Assembly: GCF_001462395.1 (NCBI RefSeq)
Contig: NZ_LNTB01000001.1
Coordinates: forward strand, 90,001 to 122,000
DNA length: 32,000 nucleotides
Source: Pyrodictium occultum
GTDB taxonomy: Archaea; Thermoproteota; Thermoprotei_A; Sulfolobales; Pyrodictiaceae
Direction of reading: 5' to 3'
How positions within the stretch are numbered: position 1 is the first letter of the stretch; each line of letters starts with the position of its first letter. Of this stretch, positions 16,144 through 24,290 are shown piece after piece. A program made the position numbers and the translations under genes. Under the pieces are notes generated by a model. The model was given only the letters and a program-made list of their open reading frames with translations. It did no database searches and was not told where the DNA came from.

Positions 16144-17307
16144 CTAGCCCCGTGCCTTCATAAGTGCTGATTCTAGGTCAGAGATTATGTCCTCCGGGTC
16201 CTCTAGCCCCACGCTGAGCCTTATGAGGCCGGGGGTTATGCCTAGCCTCCTCTTCTCCTCCTCGCTGAGGTCCCGGTGGCTGCTCTCATAGGGGTAGGCT
16301 GCGAGGCTCTCGGCGCCGCCCAGGCTCGGGGACGGCGTTACCGTCTTCAGCGCCTGGAGGAACCTTTTGGCGGCCTGGGCCCCGCCCTTCAGCTCGAAGG
16401 ATACGACACCGCCGTAGAGGCCGTTGAATAGCTGCTCCGCGGTGCCGTGGTCGGGGTGCTCGGGGAGGCCTGGGTAGTAGACTTTGGCCACCTCGGGCCT
16501 CTCCCGAAGCCATTTTGCTATAGTCATAGCTGATTCGGAGGAGTATCTAACACGTAGGTGGAGCGTCTTGAGCCCTCTGGCGGCCAGGTAGGCGTCTAGA
16601 GGCTGGAGTATGGTCCCCATGAGCTTCCTCCATTCCCAGACGCGTTTGCGGAGGCCTGGCTCGCGGCCGCAGATGGCGCCGCCCAGCACATCGTTATGAC
16701 CGGCTATGTACTTGGTTAGGCTTTCAACAACAATGCTCGCGCCATCCTCCAGCGGCCTGTAGATAACGGGGGTCGCGAATGTGTTGTCGACCACGAGCGT
16801 GCACTCCCTGTTAATGCACTCCTTTGCCATCTCTCGTAGGGGTGGCACTCGGAGGGTGGGATTGCCTATAGTCTCTACAAGCACTATATCTCCGGGCTTC
16901 ATGGCGGCGAGCAGCTCGTCCCATGGTGGCCCTGCGTAGGCAAGTTCAAAGTCCTTACCCACTGTTGTAAGCTTCTCGAGAAGCGTTCTCGTCGAGCCAT
17001 AGAGAAGCCTGCTCGCGACAATCCTCCTTCTCGGGCCCGCTAAGCTGAGAATAAGCGTGGCTATGGCTGCCATGCCAGTGTTGAATGCAAGGCACCATTC
17101 TCCCGACTCTACCTCGGCGAGCGTCGACTCGAGACGCATTGTGGTTGGATTATTCTCGCGCCCGTACTTTATCTCCTCATCGGGGCTGGTTGCTGCCTCG
17201 ATAAACCGGTATACCACGGAGATGTTTATAGGCGGAACTACGTCCTCTGCGGTGATGGGTCCTTCATGGACCCCGTGTATAGCTCTGGTAGCCTTGTAGC
17301 GCTTCAT
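16144..17307 (-). CDS. Cys/Met-metabolism PLP-dependent enzyme (cystathionine gamma-synthase / gamma-lyase / O-acylhomoserine sulfhydrylase family)
   Basis: The ORF is open to 17388; the probable start is ATG 17307 (MKRYKATRAIHG). The PLP-lysine block is VESLTKYIAGHNDVLGG, and the C-terminal SLGGAESL...GLIRLSVGLED is typical of the family. Confidence 0.85.
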   Translation of the reverse strand: MKRYKATRAIHGVHEGPITAEDVVPPINISVVYRFIEAATSPDEEIKYGRENNPTTMRLESTLAEVESGEWCLAFNTGMAAIATLILSLAGPRRRIVASRLLYGSTRTLLEKLTTVGKDFELAYAGPPWDELLAAMKPGDIVLVETIGNPTLRVPPLREMAKECINRECTLVVDNTFATPVIYRPLEDGASIVVESLTKYIAGHNDVLGGAICGREPGLRKRVWEWRKLMGTILQPLDAYLAARGLKTLHLRVRYSSESAMTIAKWLRERPEVAKVYYPGLPEHPDHGTAEQLFNGLYGGVVSFELKGGAQAAKRFLQALKTVTPSPSLGGAESLAAYPYESSHRDLSEEEKRRLGITPGLIRLSVGLEDPEDIISDLESALMKARG

Positions 17308-17324
17308 CCCTGCTCCTCTCCCCT

Positions 17325-18269
17325 CTACCTTATCGCGCTGGCCGGTCCAGCCGTTCTCGCAACCTTCACCTCCTCTATATCGCAGCACTTACAATTCTTA
17401 AGCACGCTGTCTGCTACCCTGAGTGCCTTGTCCCGAGTCTCGGTGAGCGCTATCATGGAGGGCCCGGCGCCGCTTATTGTGACACCGAGAGCTCCTGCAT
17501 CGAGGGCAGCATTCTTTATGACGTCGTAGCATGGTATGAACCTGGACCTGGCGGGCTCTATTATCTCGTCCTGCATCATCATCGCGCCGAAGGTTCTGAG
17601 GTCTCCTCGTGCCGCCGCAGCAACCAGCAGCGCCAGTCTACCCCAGTTCCTGGCTGCCCTATCTAGCTCCATCTCCCTGGGGAGTACCTGGCGCATGAAC
17701 CTTGTCTTTGCGGAGCCTACCTCGGCCCTAGGTATTATGAGGGTCATCCAAGCGTCCACGTCTATGCTGGTAACATGAAGCCTACCGTTCTTGTCAAGCG
17801 CTGCTATGGCAAGGCCACCTAGTAGGCTTGCAGCCACGTTATCGTAGTGCGGCTCACCGGCGGCAGCCGCTTCCCCCCGGCCGGCAGCCTCGACGAGAAT
17901 GCTGTCAGGAACCTTGAGGTCTAGGAGTATCTGGACAGCCTTTACCGCCGCTGCTGCGGAGGCGCCGCTGCTCCCAAGTCCCCGGCCAGGAGGCACACCC
18001 TTGTAGATGCGGAGAACTATGCTGTGGCCTTCAATGCTCCTCTTGGCGAGTCTTAGCAGCTCCTCTACCGCTCTGCGGGCGGTTTCGGCTCTGCCAGCTC
18101 CATGGGCGTAGGGGCCATAGACGGACTCTACAACCACCTGCCCCCTCCCCGGGGTGAGGCGAGCCTCCACCTCGTCGTAGAACGCCGTATGGGCTATCGC
18201 TAGGCTGTCGAAGCCCGGGCCCAGGTTGGCGCTGCTGGAACATGCTCTAACCCTCACGCCTCCGTGCAT
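17325..18269 (-). CDS. thrB: Homoserine kinase
   Basis: 314-aa GHMP kinase. It has the N-terminal SSANLGPGFDSLAIA block and the ATP-binding motif PPGRGLGSSGASAAAAV. Confidence 0.9.
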   Translation of the reverse strand: MHGGVRVRACSSSANLGPGFDSLAIAHTAFYDEVEARLTPGRGQVVVESVYGPYAHGAGRAETARRAVEELLRLAKRSIEGHSIVLRIYKGVPPGRGLGSSGASAAAAVKAVQILLDLKVPDSILVEAAGRGEAAAAGEPHYDNVAASLLGGLAIAALDKNGRLHVTSIDVDAWMTLIIPRAEVGSAKTRFMRQVLPREMELDRAARNWGRLALLVAAAARGDLRTFGAMMMQDEIIEPARSRFIPCYDVIKNAALDAGALGVTISGAGPSMIALTETRDKALRVADSVLKNCKCCDIEEVKVARTAGPASAIR

Positions 18270-18397
18270 GCATGACCCCCCGGCACCTCGAGGCCCTTCC
18301 TTGCTAGTGTCACTCCCCTATGCCTCGGGGAGCCCTAGCTCTAGGAGAGTAGCTTAAATGTGGGTTTTCCCCCCGGGATGCTGGGGGTAGTGAGGCT

Positions 18398-19933
18398 GTG
18401 CTAGGGTACCCAGTGCCTCTAGCAATGGCTACCCAGCATCCAGACTCCGCAAGCAGAGGGTTTACCGCGGAGGAGGAGGTCGAAGAGGCTCTGCGCGACC
18501 TGCTCCCTAGGGATCGTGGAGGCCTAGGGCTGGATGAGAAGATGATAGATTATGAGGGGAAGCTCACGCCTTATCACCAGGTAGCGTGGGTTGTTGAGGA
18601 GACCCTCCGCTATGGGCTGCAGCCCGGGGAGGACTTCCTCATAACGCCTAGGATACCCTCGGAGAGGCTTGAGGACCCGGAGCGCCAGGTAATGGTGCTC
18701 TGGGGCGTTCTAACAGCCAACAAGAGGTCGATAGTCAGGACGGGCAGCCAGGCAGTCAAGTATATAATAACTCCTATGTGTTCTAGTGGCTATGAGGTTT
18801 ATGTGCTTCAGCGCAGGATATTCAAGATTCAGAGGCTCGCAGAGGAGGAGCTCGGCGTAAAGACCGGCCACATAGAGGTTATACCGCTCGTTGAGGACAT
18901 GGAGTCACTCCTGCATGTCGATAAGATACTAGAGGGCATGAAGAACGCGCTGCTAACCTACCTAGGACTGCACTACAGCCACTACCGCGTCCTCCTAGGC
19001 AAGTCGGACACCGCGCTAGCTTACGGCCACGTGGCCTCCAGTATAGCTATGGTCTATGCCCTCTCCCGTCTCCACCGCTGGGCCGAGAAGGAGAATACAC
19101 GTGTACACCCTATAATGGGTGTTGGCGCGCTTCCTTTCCGCGGCCATCTTTCGCCCTGGAGTGTTAGAGAGTTCGTCAAGCAGTATGCCGGCTACTCGAC
19201 TGTAACCATCCAGTCTGGCCTCCGCTACGACCAGGGGCCGAAGGCCGTAGAGAAGGTGGTGGATGAGCTGCACCGTAATCTTCACGCGCAGCCTAGGCTG
19301 CTTAGCCAGGAGGAGGAGAGGCTGCTAATAAGCATAGCCAAGGTGTTCACCGCGGAGTACCTACGCCTAGTGCTGCGTATAGTCGACATAATACCCTATA
19401 TAGCCAGCTTTGTCCCCCGTAGAAGGGCTAGGCTCTCCCACGGAGAGTATCCACGGAGCATTGAGGCCAGCCTGGCATTCGCGGCGGACCGGGAGCTTCT
19501 CTCCATGAAGCCTCCTAGGAGCCTCAAGCTCCCAAGAGCCATATCCTACGCTGCTAGCCTATACACAATGGGTATACCCCCGTCACTCATAGGGTTTGGC
19601 CGAGGGCTTAGACGCGTAGAGAAGGAGCTTGGTAGCGATGCTGTCGAGCATCTACTCCATGCACTGCCGCTGCTAAAGCAAGACATAAAATATGATCTAA
19701 GGTTCTACGTGCCTGAGGTGGCAGCTAGCTTCATAAAGGATCCTAAAGCCTTTAGCCTCCTTGAGCAGGATGTTGAGATGGCCAAGAGCATTGTCGGAGG
19801 CGACCCGCCGGAACCCACCGAGGAGTATGTGGAAGCCCTCAAGAGCGCTGAGCGCGCTATAAGGCTTGGGCTTAAGGAGGCTGCGGAGAAGGCCATAGCC
19901 CGTGCAGGCGTCCTCCGCGGGAGCCTGGGCTGA
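18398..19933 (+). CDS. ppcA: Archaeal-type phosphoenolpyruvate carboxylase
   Basis: 511-aa ORF. The N-terminal VPLAMATQHPD matches the conserved P-x-x-M-(S/A)-TQHPD start of archaeal PEPC, and the size (~510 aa) is typical. GTG 18398 is preferred over ATG 18425 because the conserved residues lie upstream of the ATG. Confidence 0.9.
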   Translation: MLGYPVPLAMATQHPDSASRGFTAEEEVEEALRDLLPRDRGGLGLDEKMIDYEGKLTPYHQVAWVVEETLRYGLQPGEDFLITPRIPSERLEDPERQVMVLWGVLTANKRSIVRTGSQAVKYIITPMCSSGYEVYVLQRRIFKIQRLAEEELGVKTGHIEVIPLVEDMESLLHVDKILEGMKNALLTYLGLHYSHYRVLLGKSDTALAYGHVASSIAMVYALSRLHRWAEKENTRVHPIMGVGALPFRGHLSPWSVREFVKQYAGYSTVTIQSGLRYDQGPKAVEKVVDELHRNLHAQPRLLSQEEERLLISIAKVFTAEYLRLVLRIVDIIPYIASFVPRRRARLSHGEYPRSIEASLAFAADRELLSMKPPRSLKLPRAISYAASLYTMGIPPSLIGFGRGLRRVEKELGSDAVEHLLHALPLLKQDIKYDLRFYVPEVAASFIKDPKAFSLLEQDVEMAKSIVGGDPPEPTEEYVEALKSAERAIRLGLKEAAEKAIARAGVLRGSLG

Positions 19934-19966
19934 GACCCACCTGTAGGATGAAGCTAACGAGATTCT

Positions 19967-20022
19967 TCAGCCTCCGCCATACACGCTCATCGCCTGCGCT
20001 CGCCCCTAGCGAACGTCATCAC
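19967..20022 (-). ncRNA. Candidate C/D-box sRNA (2)
   Basis: The minus strand reads GUGAUGA (20022-20016), 12 nt, GCGA (D'), 9 nt, AUGAGCG (C'), 13 nt, then CUGA (19970-19967), 56 nt in total. C' positions 5-6 (GC) can pair with D' positions 1-2 (GC). The minus-strand TATA AATTTTAAGC (20060-20051) lies ~30 nt upstream of the C box. Confidence 0.5.
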
Positions 20023-20178
20023 CGCTTTCCCTCAAGGCATTAGGGCTGGCGCTTAAAATTGAGCTATGAGAGCCCTTGGACGAGTTATGCTTCCTCACCC
20101 TCATCCTGGGGAGCCGGCGTAGAGCTTATAACCACGAGTTAGGATCATGCCATCCTTGGTGCATGGAGGCCCGCGGGC

Positions 20179-20256
20179 GGGCCCGTCGTCTAGCCTGGTT
20201 AGGACGCCGCCCTTACACGGCGGAGGTCCGGGGTTCAAATCCCCGCGGGCCCACCA
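20179..20256 (+). tRNA. tRNA-Val (anticodon UAC), CCA encoded
   Basis: Hand-folded cloverleaf. Acceptor GGGCCCG/CGGGCCC, D arm GUCU..GGAC, anticodon stem CCGCC/GGCGG with loop CUUACAC, T arm CGGGG-UUCAAAU-CCCCG, discriminator A and CCA. Confidence 0.95.
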
Positions 20257-20427
20257 CTCTCCAGCCTCCTCTCAGAGGCTCCTTGCGCTCATTCTGGTGC
20301 GTCCTGTCCTGCGCTTCATAGCTGCTTCTCCACCATGCTTTTACTCCCCCTCAAGACGCACTCCCCCTCTTGGGCTTAGGGGAGGGCTCCAGAGCTTTAA
20401 GAAAGGCGAGGCTTTGGGGGCGGCGTC

Positions 20428-21345
20428 TTGGCGCATAAGCTTCCCTGGAGGATAGTGGCCGAGTGGACGGATGAAGGAGAGGCGTGTATACGTAGTGTGA
20501 AGAAGATATACGCTGCAGGATCTACGAGGTTCCAGGAATACCTTATAGCTGAGCTTGCAGGCATAGGGAAGGCCCTTGTCCTCGACGGCAAGGTGCAGAG
20601 TAGCTTGTTTGACGAGCACTGGTACCATGAAGCCCTGGTACACCCGACGCTGCTGTCTCATCCCTGCCCCCGGCGGGTTCTGGTAATTGGTGGTGGAGAG
20701 GGCGCCACTGTCAGAGAGGTGCTGAGGCACAGCTGTGTGGAGCACGTAACCATGGTTGATATAGACAAGGAGCTTGTGGAGCTTGCTAAGAAGCATCTGC
20801 CCGAGTGGCACCAGGGAGCTTTCGACGATGAGAGGCTGGAGCTAGTGCTAGAGGATGGACGCAAGTTCCTCTCTGAGACTAGTGAGCGGTTCGACGCAGT
20901 TATACTTGATCTGGTGGACCCCATGGAGGGAGGACCGGCGGCTCTCCTCTACACGCTTGAGTTCTATAAGCTCGTCGCCGGCGTCCTGGAGCCCGGCGGG
21001 ATAGTGGTGACTCAGGCATCCTCGCCGGTGCTCACTCCAAGGGTCTACGCCACTGTAAGGAACACCATGGCCTCGGTGTTCCGTATTGTAAGGCCTTATG
21101 TTACCTATGTGAGAAGCTATAATGGGCTCTGGGGCTTTGTGGCAGCCTCCGACGCCGTTGATCCTGCGGCTCTCCGGGCCGCAGATGTGGACAGGCTGAT
21201 CCGGGAGAGGATTAGGGGGACTCTACGCTTCTACGATGGCGCTACACACGAGTGGATGTTCACTTTGCCAAAACCCATACGTGACAGCCTTGAACGCTAC
21301 ACCGACGTAGCCACCGATAGTAACCCCGTCTATGTTCCTGTATAG
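20428..21345 (+). CDS. speE: Spermidine synthase / polyamine aminopropyltransferase
   Basis: 305-aa ORF. The blocks YHEALVHP, VLVIGGGEGATVREVL, VTMVDID and VILDLVDP form the SpeE signature. Confidence 0.9.
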   Translation: MAHKLPWRIVAEWTDEGEACIRSVKKIYAAGSTRFQEYLIAELAGIGKALVLDGKVQSSLFDEHWYHEALVHPTLLSHPCPRRVLVIGGGEGATVREVLRHSCVEHVTMVDIDKELVELAKKHLPEWHQGAFDDERLELVLEDGRKFLSETSERFDAVILDLVDPMEGGPAALLYTLEFYKLVAGVLEPGGIVVTQASSPVLTPRVYATVRNTMASVFRIVRPYVTYVRSYNGLWGFVAASDAVDPAALRAADVDRLIRERIRGTLRFYDGATHEWMFTLPKPIRDSLERYTDVATDSNPVYVPV

Positions 21346-21356
21346 GCTGTGCTGGG

Positions 21357-21361
21357 TTTTT
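21357..21361 (+). terminator. Oligo-T tract after speE
   Basis: TTTTT lies 12 nt after the speE TAG stop. Archaeal RNA polymerase terminates at oligo-T. Confidence 0.45.
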
Positions 21362-21435
21362 GCGTGGGCTTATGCCCGGGGGAAGCAAGTGTAAAAGCCC
21401 CCAGTCCGATGTTAAGGCTATCCGGTCACCTGGGC

Positions 21436-21566
21436 GCCGGGGTGGCCGAGCGGTCCAAGGCGGTGGGCTCGAGACCTGCATGTATCCCTTTCCGGCTGCC
21501 CAAGGCTCCGGGAGACCCACTGCCCCGTGGAGGGGCGCGCGGGTTCAAATCCCGCCCCCGGCGCCA
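21436..21566 (+). tRNA. tRNA-Ser (anticodon CGA) with ~41-nt intron at the canonical 37/38 position, CCA encoded
   Basis: Acceptor GCCGGGG/CCCCGGC. The anticodon stem GUGGG...CCCAC is interrupted after loop CUCGAG by ~21474-21514. A long variable arm (CCCC-GUGGA-GGGG) and T arm GCGGG-UUCAAAU-CCCGC are present. Confidence 0.9.
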
Positions 21567-21582
21567 CACTTAAGCTTCAAAA

Positions 21583-21615
21583 CCTCCCGGGGGGCTCTGT
21601 CCATCCCCCGGGAGG
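21583..21615. repeat. Perfect 11-bp inverted repeat (hairpin) between tRNA-Ser and tRNA-Leu
   Basis: CCTCCCGGGGG (21583-21593) and CCCCCGGGAGG (21605-21615) are exact reverse complements with an 11-nt loop. Confidence 0.9.
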
Positions 21616-21626
21616 GCCTGCTGGGC

Positions 21627-21714
21627 GCGGGGGTGCCCGAGCCAGGTCAAAGGGGGCGGGCTGAGGACCCGCTGGCATAGGCCTGCGTGGGTTCAAATCC
21701 CACCCCCCGCACCA
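21627..21714 (+). tRNA. tRNA-Leu (anticodon GAG), CCA encoded
   Basis: Acceptor GCGGGGG/CCCCCGC, anticodon stem GCGGG/CCCGC with loop CUGAGGA, long variable arm, T arm GUGGG-UUCAAAU-CCCAC. Confidence 0.95.
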
Positions 21715-21721
21715 CCCCTAC

Positions 21722-22057
21722 CTACCCTCCATTGTACACCACGGGCCCTATGTAGAGGCTGCCGCCCCTGGTCCTCATTACGTAGACTTGCCTAGAGCAG
21801 GCTAGGCTGCCACTCTGGCTGCAGAGTCTCGCCTCGATCCCGGTCACCGGCTCCATTACTGTTATGCAGCCCTCTAGGCTCCGGCAGGCGAGCTTCATTC
21901 CCCGTTTGGCTGCCAGGCTGCAGAGCGGCTCTATGCTGCATGGAAGATCTACGTGGCTCTGCCTAGCCCTCATACAGCCCTTCGGATGATAGTGGGCCTT
22001 CAGCCTCAGTGCTGACCCGTGTAGCGTGAATATTATCAATAACGGTTTCTTGCACAT
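21722..22057 (-). CDS. Hypothetical Cys-rich protein ending in Gly-Gly
   Basis: 111-aa ORF with ATG start, and the only ORF filling the gap between tRNA-Leu and deoA. It has several Cys and a C-terminus ...IGPVVYNGG-stop. No family recognised, so coding status is uncertain. Confidence 0.4.
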   Translation of the reverse strand: MCKKPLLIIFTLHGSALRLKAHYHPKGCMRARQSHVDLPCSIEPLCSLAAKRGMKLACRSLEGCITVMEPVTGIEARLCSQSGSLACSRQVYVMRTRGGSLYIGPVVYNGG

Positions 22058-22222
22058 GGCGGAGGCTCCGCCGACGCGTGCCCGTGCACCAATGCCGCTT
22101 AAGAGCTAACTGTTAGCATTGAAGCTGCATCTGCGGCCACTGGTACCTGCCTAAGCGTATCTAACCCTGGGCTCGTGTCCCCTGGAATGCGGCGTCTCTT
22201 CAGACTCTACTGGTGGCCTGCT

Positions 22223-23737
22223 ATGGCTAGCCGTAATGGTGGTTTCCACGTAGAAGAGGCCGACATAGATATTGGTGATTCCGCTGCTCTCCTCAACCCT
22301 AAGGATGCTGAGAACCTGGGTATCCCCGCAGGCTCCCGCGCAGTTGTGGTGTGCGGTGGCCGGAGCCTTGGTGTGGTAGCGCTCCATAGTACCCGGGTTG
22401 AGCCCGGCTCACTGGCGCTTACCCGCCAGGCTCTCGAGAGGCTGGGCGAGTGCAGAGCCGCTGAGATATACCCCCTCGAGTTCCCTGCCAGCTTTGATGC
22501 CTTCGAGCGTAGACTTGAAGGTAAGCGCCTCGATGCAAATGACTACAAGCAGCTCATAGGCGACATTGTGGCCGGGCTCTACGATGACGCGCAGATAGCA
22601 GCGTTCCTAGTGAGCCAGATGCATTACAGGATTACCGAGGATGAGCTCGTCTACCTAATACGGGCAATGGTTGACACCGGCGATGTCGTAGCCTTCGGCG
22701 AGCCCGTGTACGATGAGCACAGCATAGGCGGCGTCCCGGGCAATAGCAAGGTTGCGCTCCTAGTGGTGCCTATAGTGGCTTCCCGAGGGCTGCTCATACC
22801 CAAGACGAGCAGCCGAGCCATAACAAGCCCAGCCGGCACAGCGGATACAATGGAAGTGCTTGCAAGGGTGACATTCACCCCAGAAGAGATACATGAAATG
22901 GCCCTCAAGGCTCGCGGGCTCATAGTGTGGGGCGGTGCCCTCAACCTCGCGCCCGCCGACGACATATTCATACGGGTTGAGAGGAGACTCGGCATAGACC
23001 CTCCAACACAGATGGTTGCCAGCATCTTGGCCAAGAAGCTTGCCATGAGCGTTTCAAGGCTTGTTATAGACATACCTGTGGGCCGTGGAGCCAAGGTCGA
23101 GAACGAGAAGGACGCCACGTCCATGGCCTCCCTGTTCCTCTCGCAGGCGGGCAGGCTCGGGATAAACATGAGGGTAGCAATAACCTACGGCAACGAGCCT
23201 ATAGGCTATGGCGTCGGCCCAGCCCTGGAGGCTCGTGAAGCGCTTGAAACCCTCATCAAGGGTGATGGCCCCCTGAGCCTTGTGGAAAAGGCGTGCAGCC
23301 TGGCCGGTCTTGTGCTTGAGCTGGGCGGCGTGGCCCCACGTGGCGGCGGCTATAGCCTGGCATGTGAATCGCTTAGAAGCGGGGCAGCCTACAGGAAATT
23401 TAGAGAGATACTAGATATTCAGCAGGGCGACCCCGACATTAAGCCTGAGGACATACGCCTGGGGCGTAAGCAGATAACGCTAAGGGCGCCGCGGGACGGG
23501 GTGGTGTCGACGATAGATAATGTTGCCATAACTCTCGCGGCTAGGGCTGCCGGCGCGCCGGATGACAAGTCGGCTGGCATAAGGCTTCATGTTAAGACGG
23601 GGTATAGGGTGAAGAAGGGCGACCCCTTGCTCACTATATATTCTTCCAGCGATGCGCGGCTACATGAGGCGCTGAGGGTGGTTGAGGAGCATGAGGCGGT
23701 AATAATAGAGGGGGTAGTGGTCAAGCTTTTCCCCTGA
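22223..23737 (+). CDS. deoA: AMP phosphorylase (archaeal thymidine-phosphorylase family II enzyme)
   Basis: The ORF is open from 22175; the probable start is ATG 22223. It aligns along its whole length with the Thermococcus AMP phosphorylase pattern: HSIGGVPGN, VPIVA, IPKTSSRAITSPAGTADTMEV, WGGALNLAPADD, GPALEAREA, AARAAGAP. Confidence 0.9.
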   Translation: MASRNGGFHVEEADIDIGDSAALLNPKDAENLGIPAGSRAVVVCGGRSLGVVALHSTRVEPGSLALTRQALERLGECRAAEIYPLEFPASFDAFERRLEGKRLDANDYKQLIGDIVAGLYDDAQIAAFLVSQMHYRITEDELVYLIRAMVDTGDVVAFGEPVYDEHSIGGVPGNSKVALLVVPIVASRGLLIPKTSSRAITSPAGTADTMEVLARVTFTPEEIHEMALKARGLIVWGGALNLAPADDIFIRVERRLGIDPPTQMVASILAKKLAMSVSRLVIDIPVGRGAKVENEKDATSMASLFLSQAGRLGINMRVAITYGNEPIGYGVGPALEAREALETLIKGDGPLSLVEKACSLAGLVLELGGVAPRGGGYSLACESLRSGAAYRKFREILDIQQGDPDIKPEDIRLGRKQITLRAPRDGVVSTIDNVAITLAARAAGAPDDKSAGIRLHVKTGYRVKKGDPLLTIYSSSDARLHEALRVVEEHEAVIIEGVVVKLFP

Positions 23738-23836
23738 ACAGTTCCGGGGGACGGATAAGCATATATAGAGAGCTTATGTTGTGAGGCAGCGCCGGCAAGG
23801 TCTTGTTAATGTAGAGCGGTGGATGGAGGTAAAGCT

Positions 23837-24130
23837 ATGCAATTCTGTCCCCGCTGTGGCGGACTAATGATACCAGTTAAGCGTGAAGATGGCAAGGTGG
23901 TGCTACGCTGTACAAGGTGCGGCTATACTATGACCGTGGAGAGCAGCCAGCTGAGGGACTATACCATAGTCGGCGCTACCCCGAAGGAGGAGCGCACTAT
24001 AACAACATTAAAGGTGAGCGAGGCCAAGCGCAAGCCCCCCAAGTCGCTTGAGGAGTGGGAGCAGGAGCGTGATGAGTACAAGGAGGTGCTTCAGGAGCTA
24101 CTCCAGGAGGAGCTTGAAGGCGAGGAGTAG
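23837..24130 (+). CDS. Rpb9/TFS N-terminal-type zinc-ribbon protein with acidic C-terminal tail
   Basis: MQFCPRCGGLMIPVKREDGKVVLRCTRCGY has the CxxC-x17-CxxC layout of the N-ribbon of archaeal TFS/RpoM. There is no second (catalytic) ribbon, and the tail is E/K-rich. The ORF is open from 23819. Confidence 0.7.
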   Translation: MQFCPRCGGLMIPVKREDGKVVLRCTRCGYTMTVESSQLRDYTIVGATPKEERTITTLKVSEAKRKPPKSLEEWEQERDEYKEVLQELLQEELEGEE

Positions 24131-24180
24131 CGCTGGATCCCGTGCCTCCTCACTCTAAGCGCCCAAGCCATTACGCATTG

Positions 24181-24185
24181 TTTTT
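24181..24185 (+). terminator. Oligo-T tract downstream of the zinc-ribbon gene
   Basis: ATTGTTTTTCGC lies ~50 nt after the stop codon. Confidence 0.4.
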
Positions 24186-24290
24186 CGCGATCCTCGGTTG
24201 CTATGAGCGGTATCCTCGTTGACTAACATTAACAAAGAATATCTGGCACATCCTGTTGACATAGTATTCGCTACACGGAGCTTGCTGGGC

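Noticed and set aside
20076-20455. Plus-strand ORFs of 81 and 102 aa; similar ORFs at 21349-21680 and 30760-31167
   Set aside because: Each reads straight through a well-folded tRNA gene (Val; Ser and Leu; Phe), so these are artefacts of GC-rich sequence.
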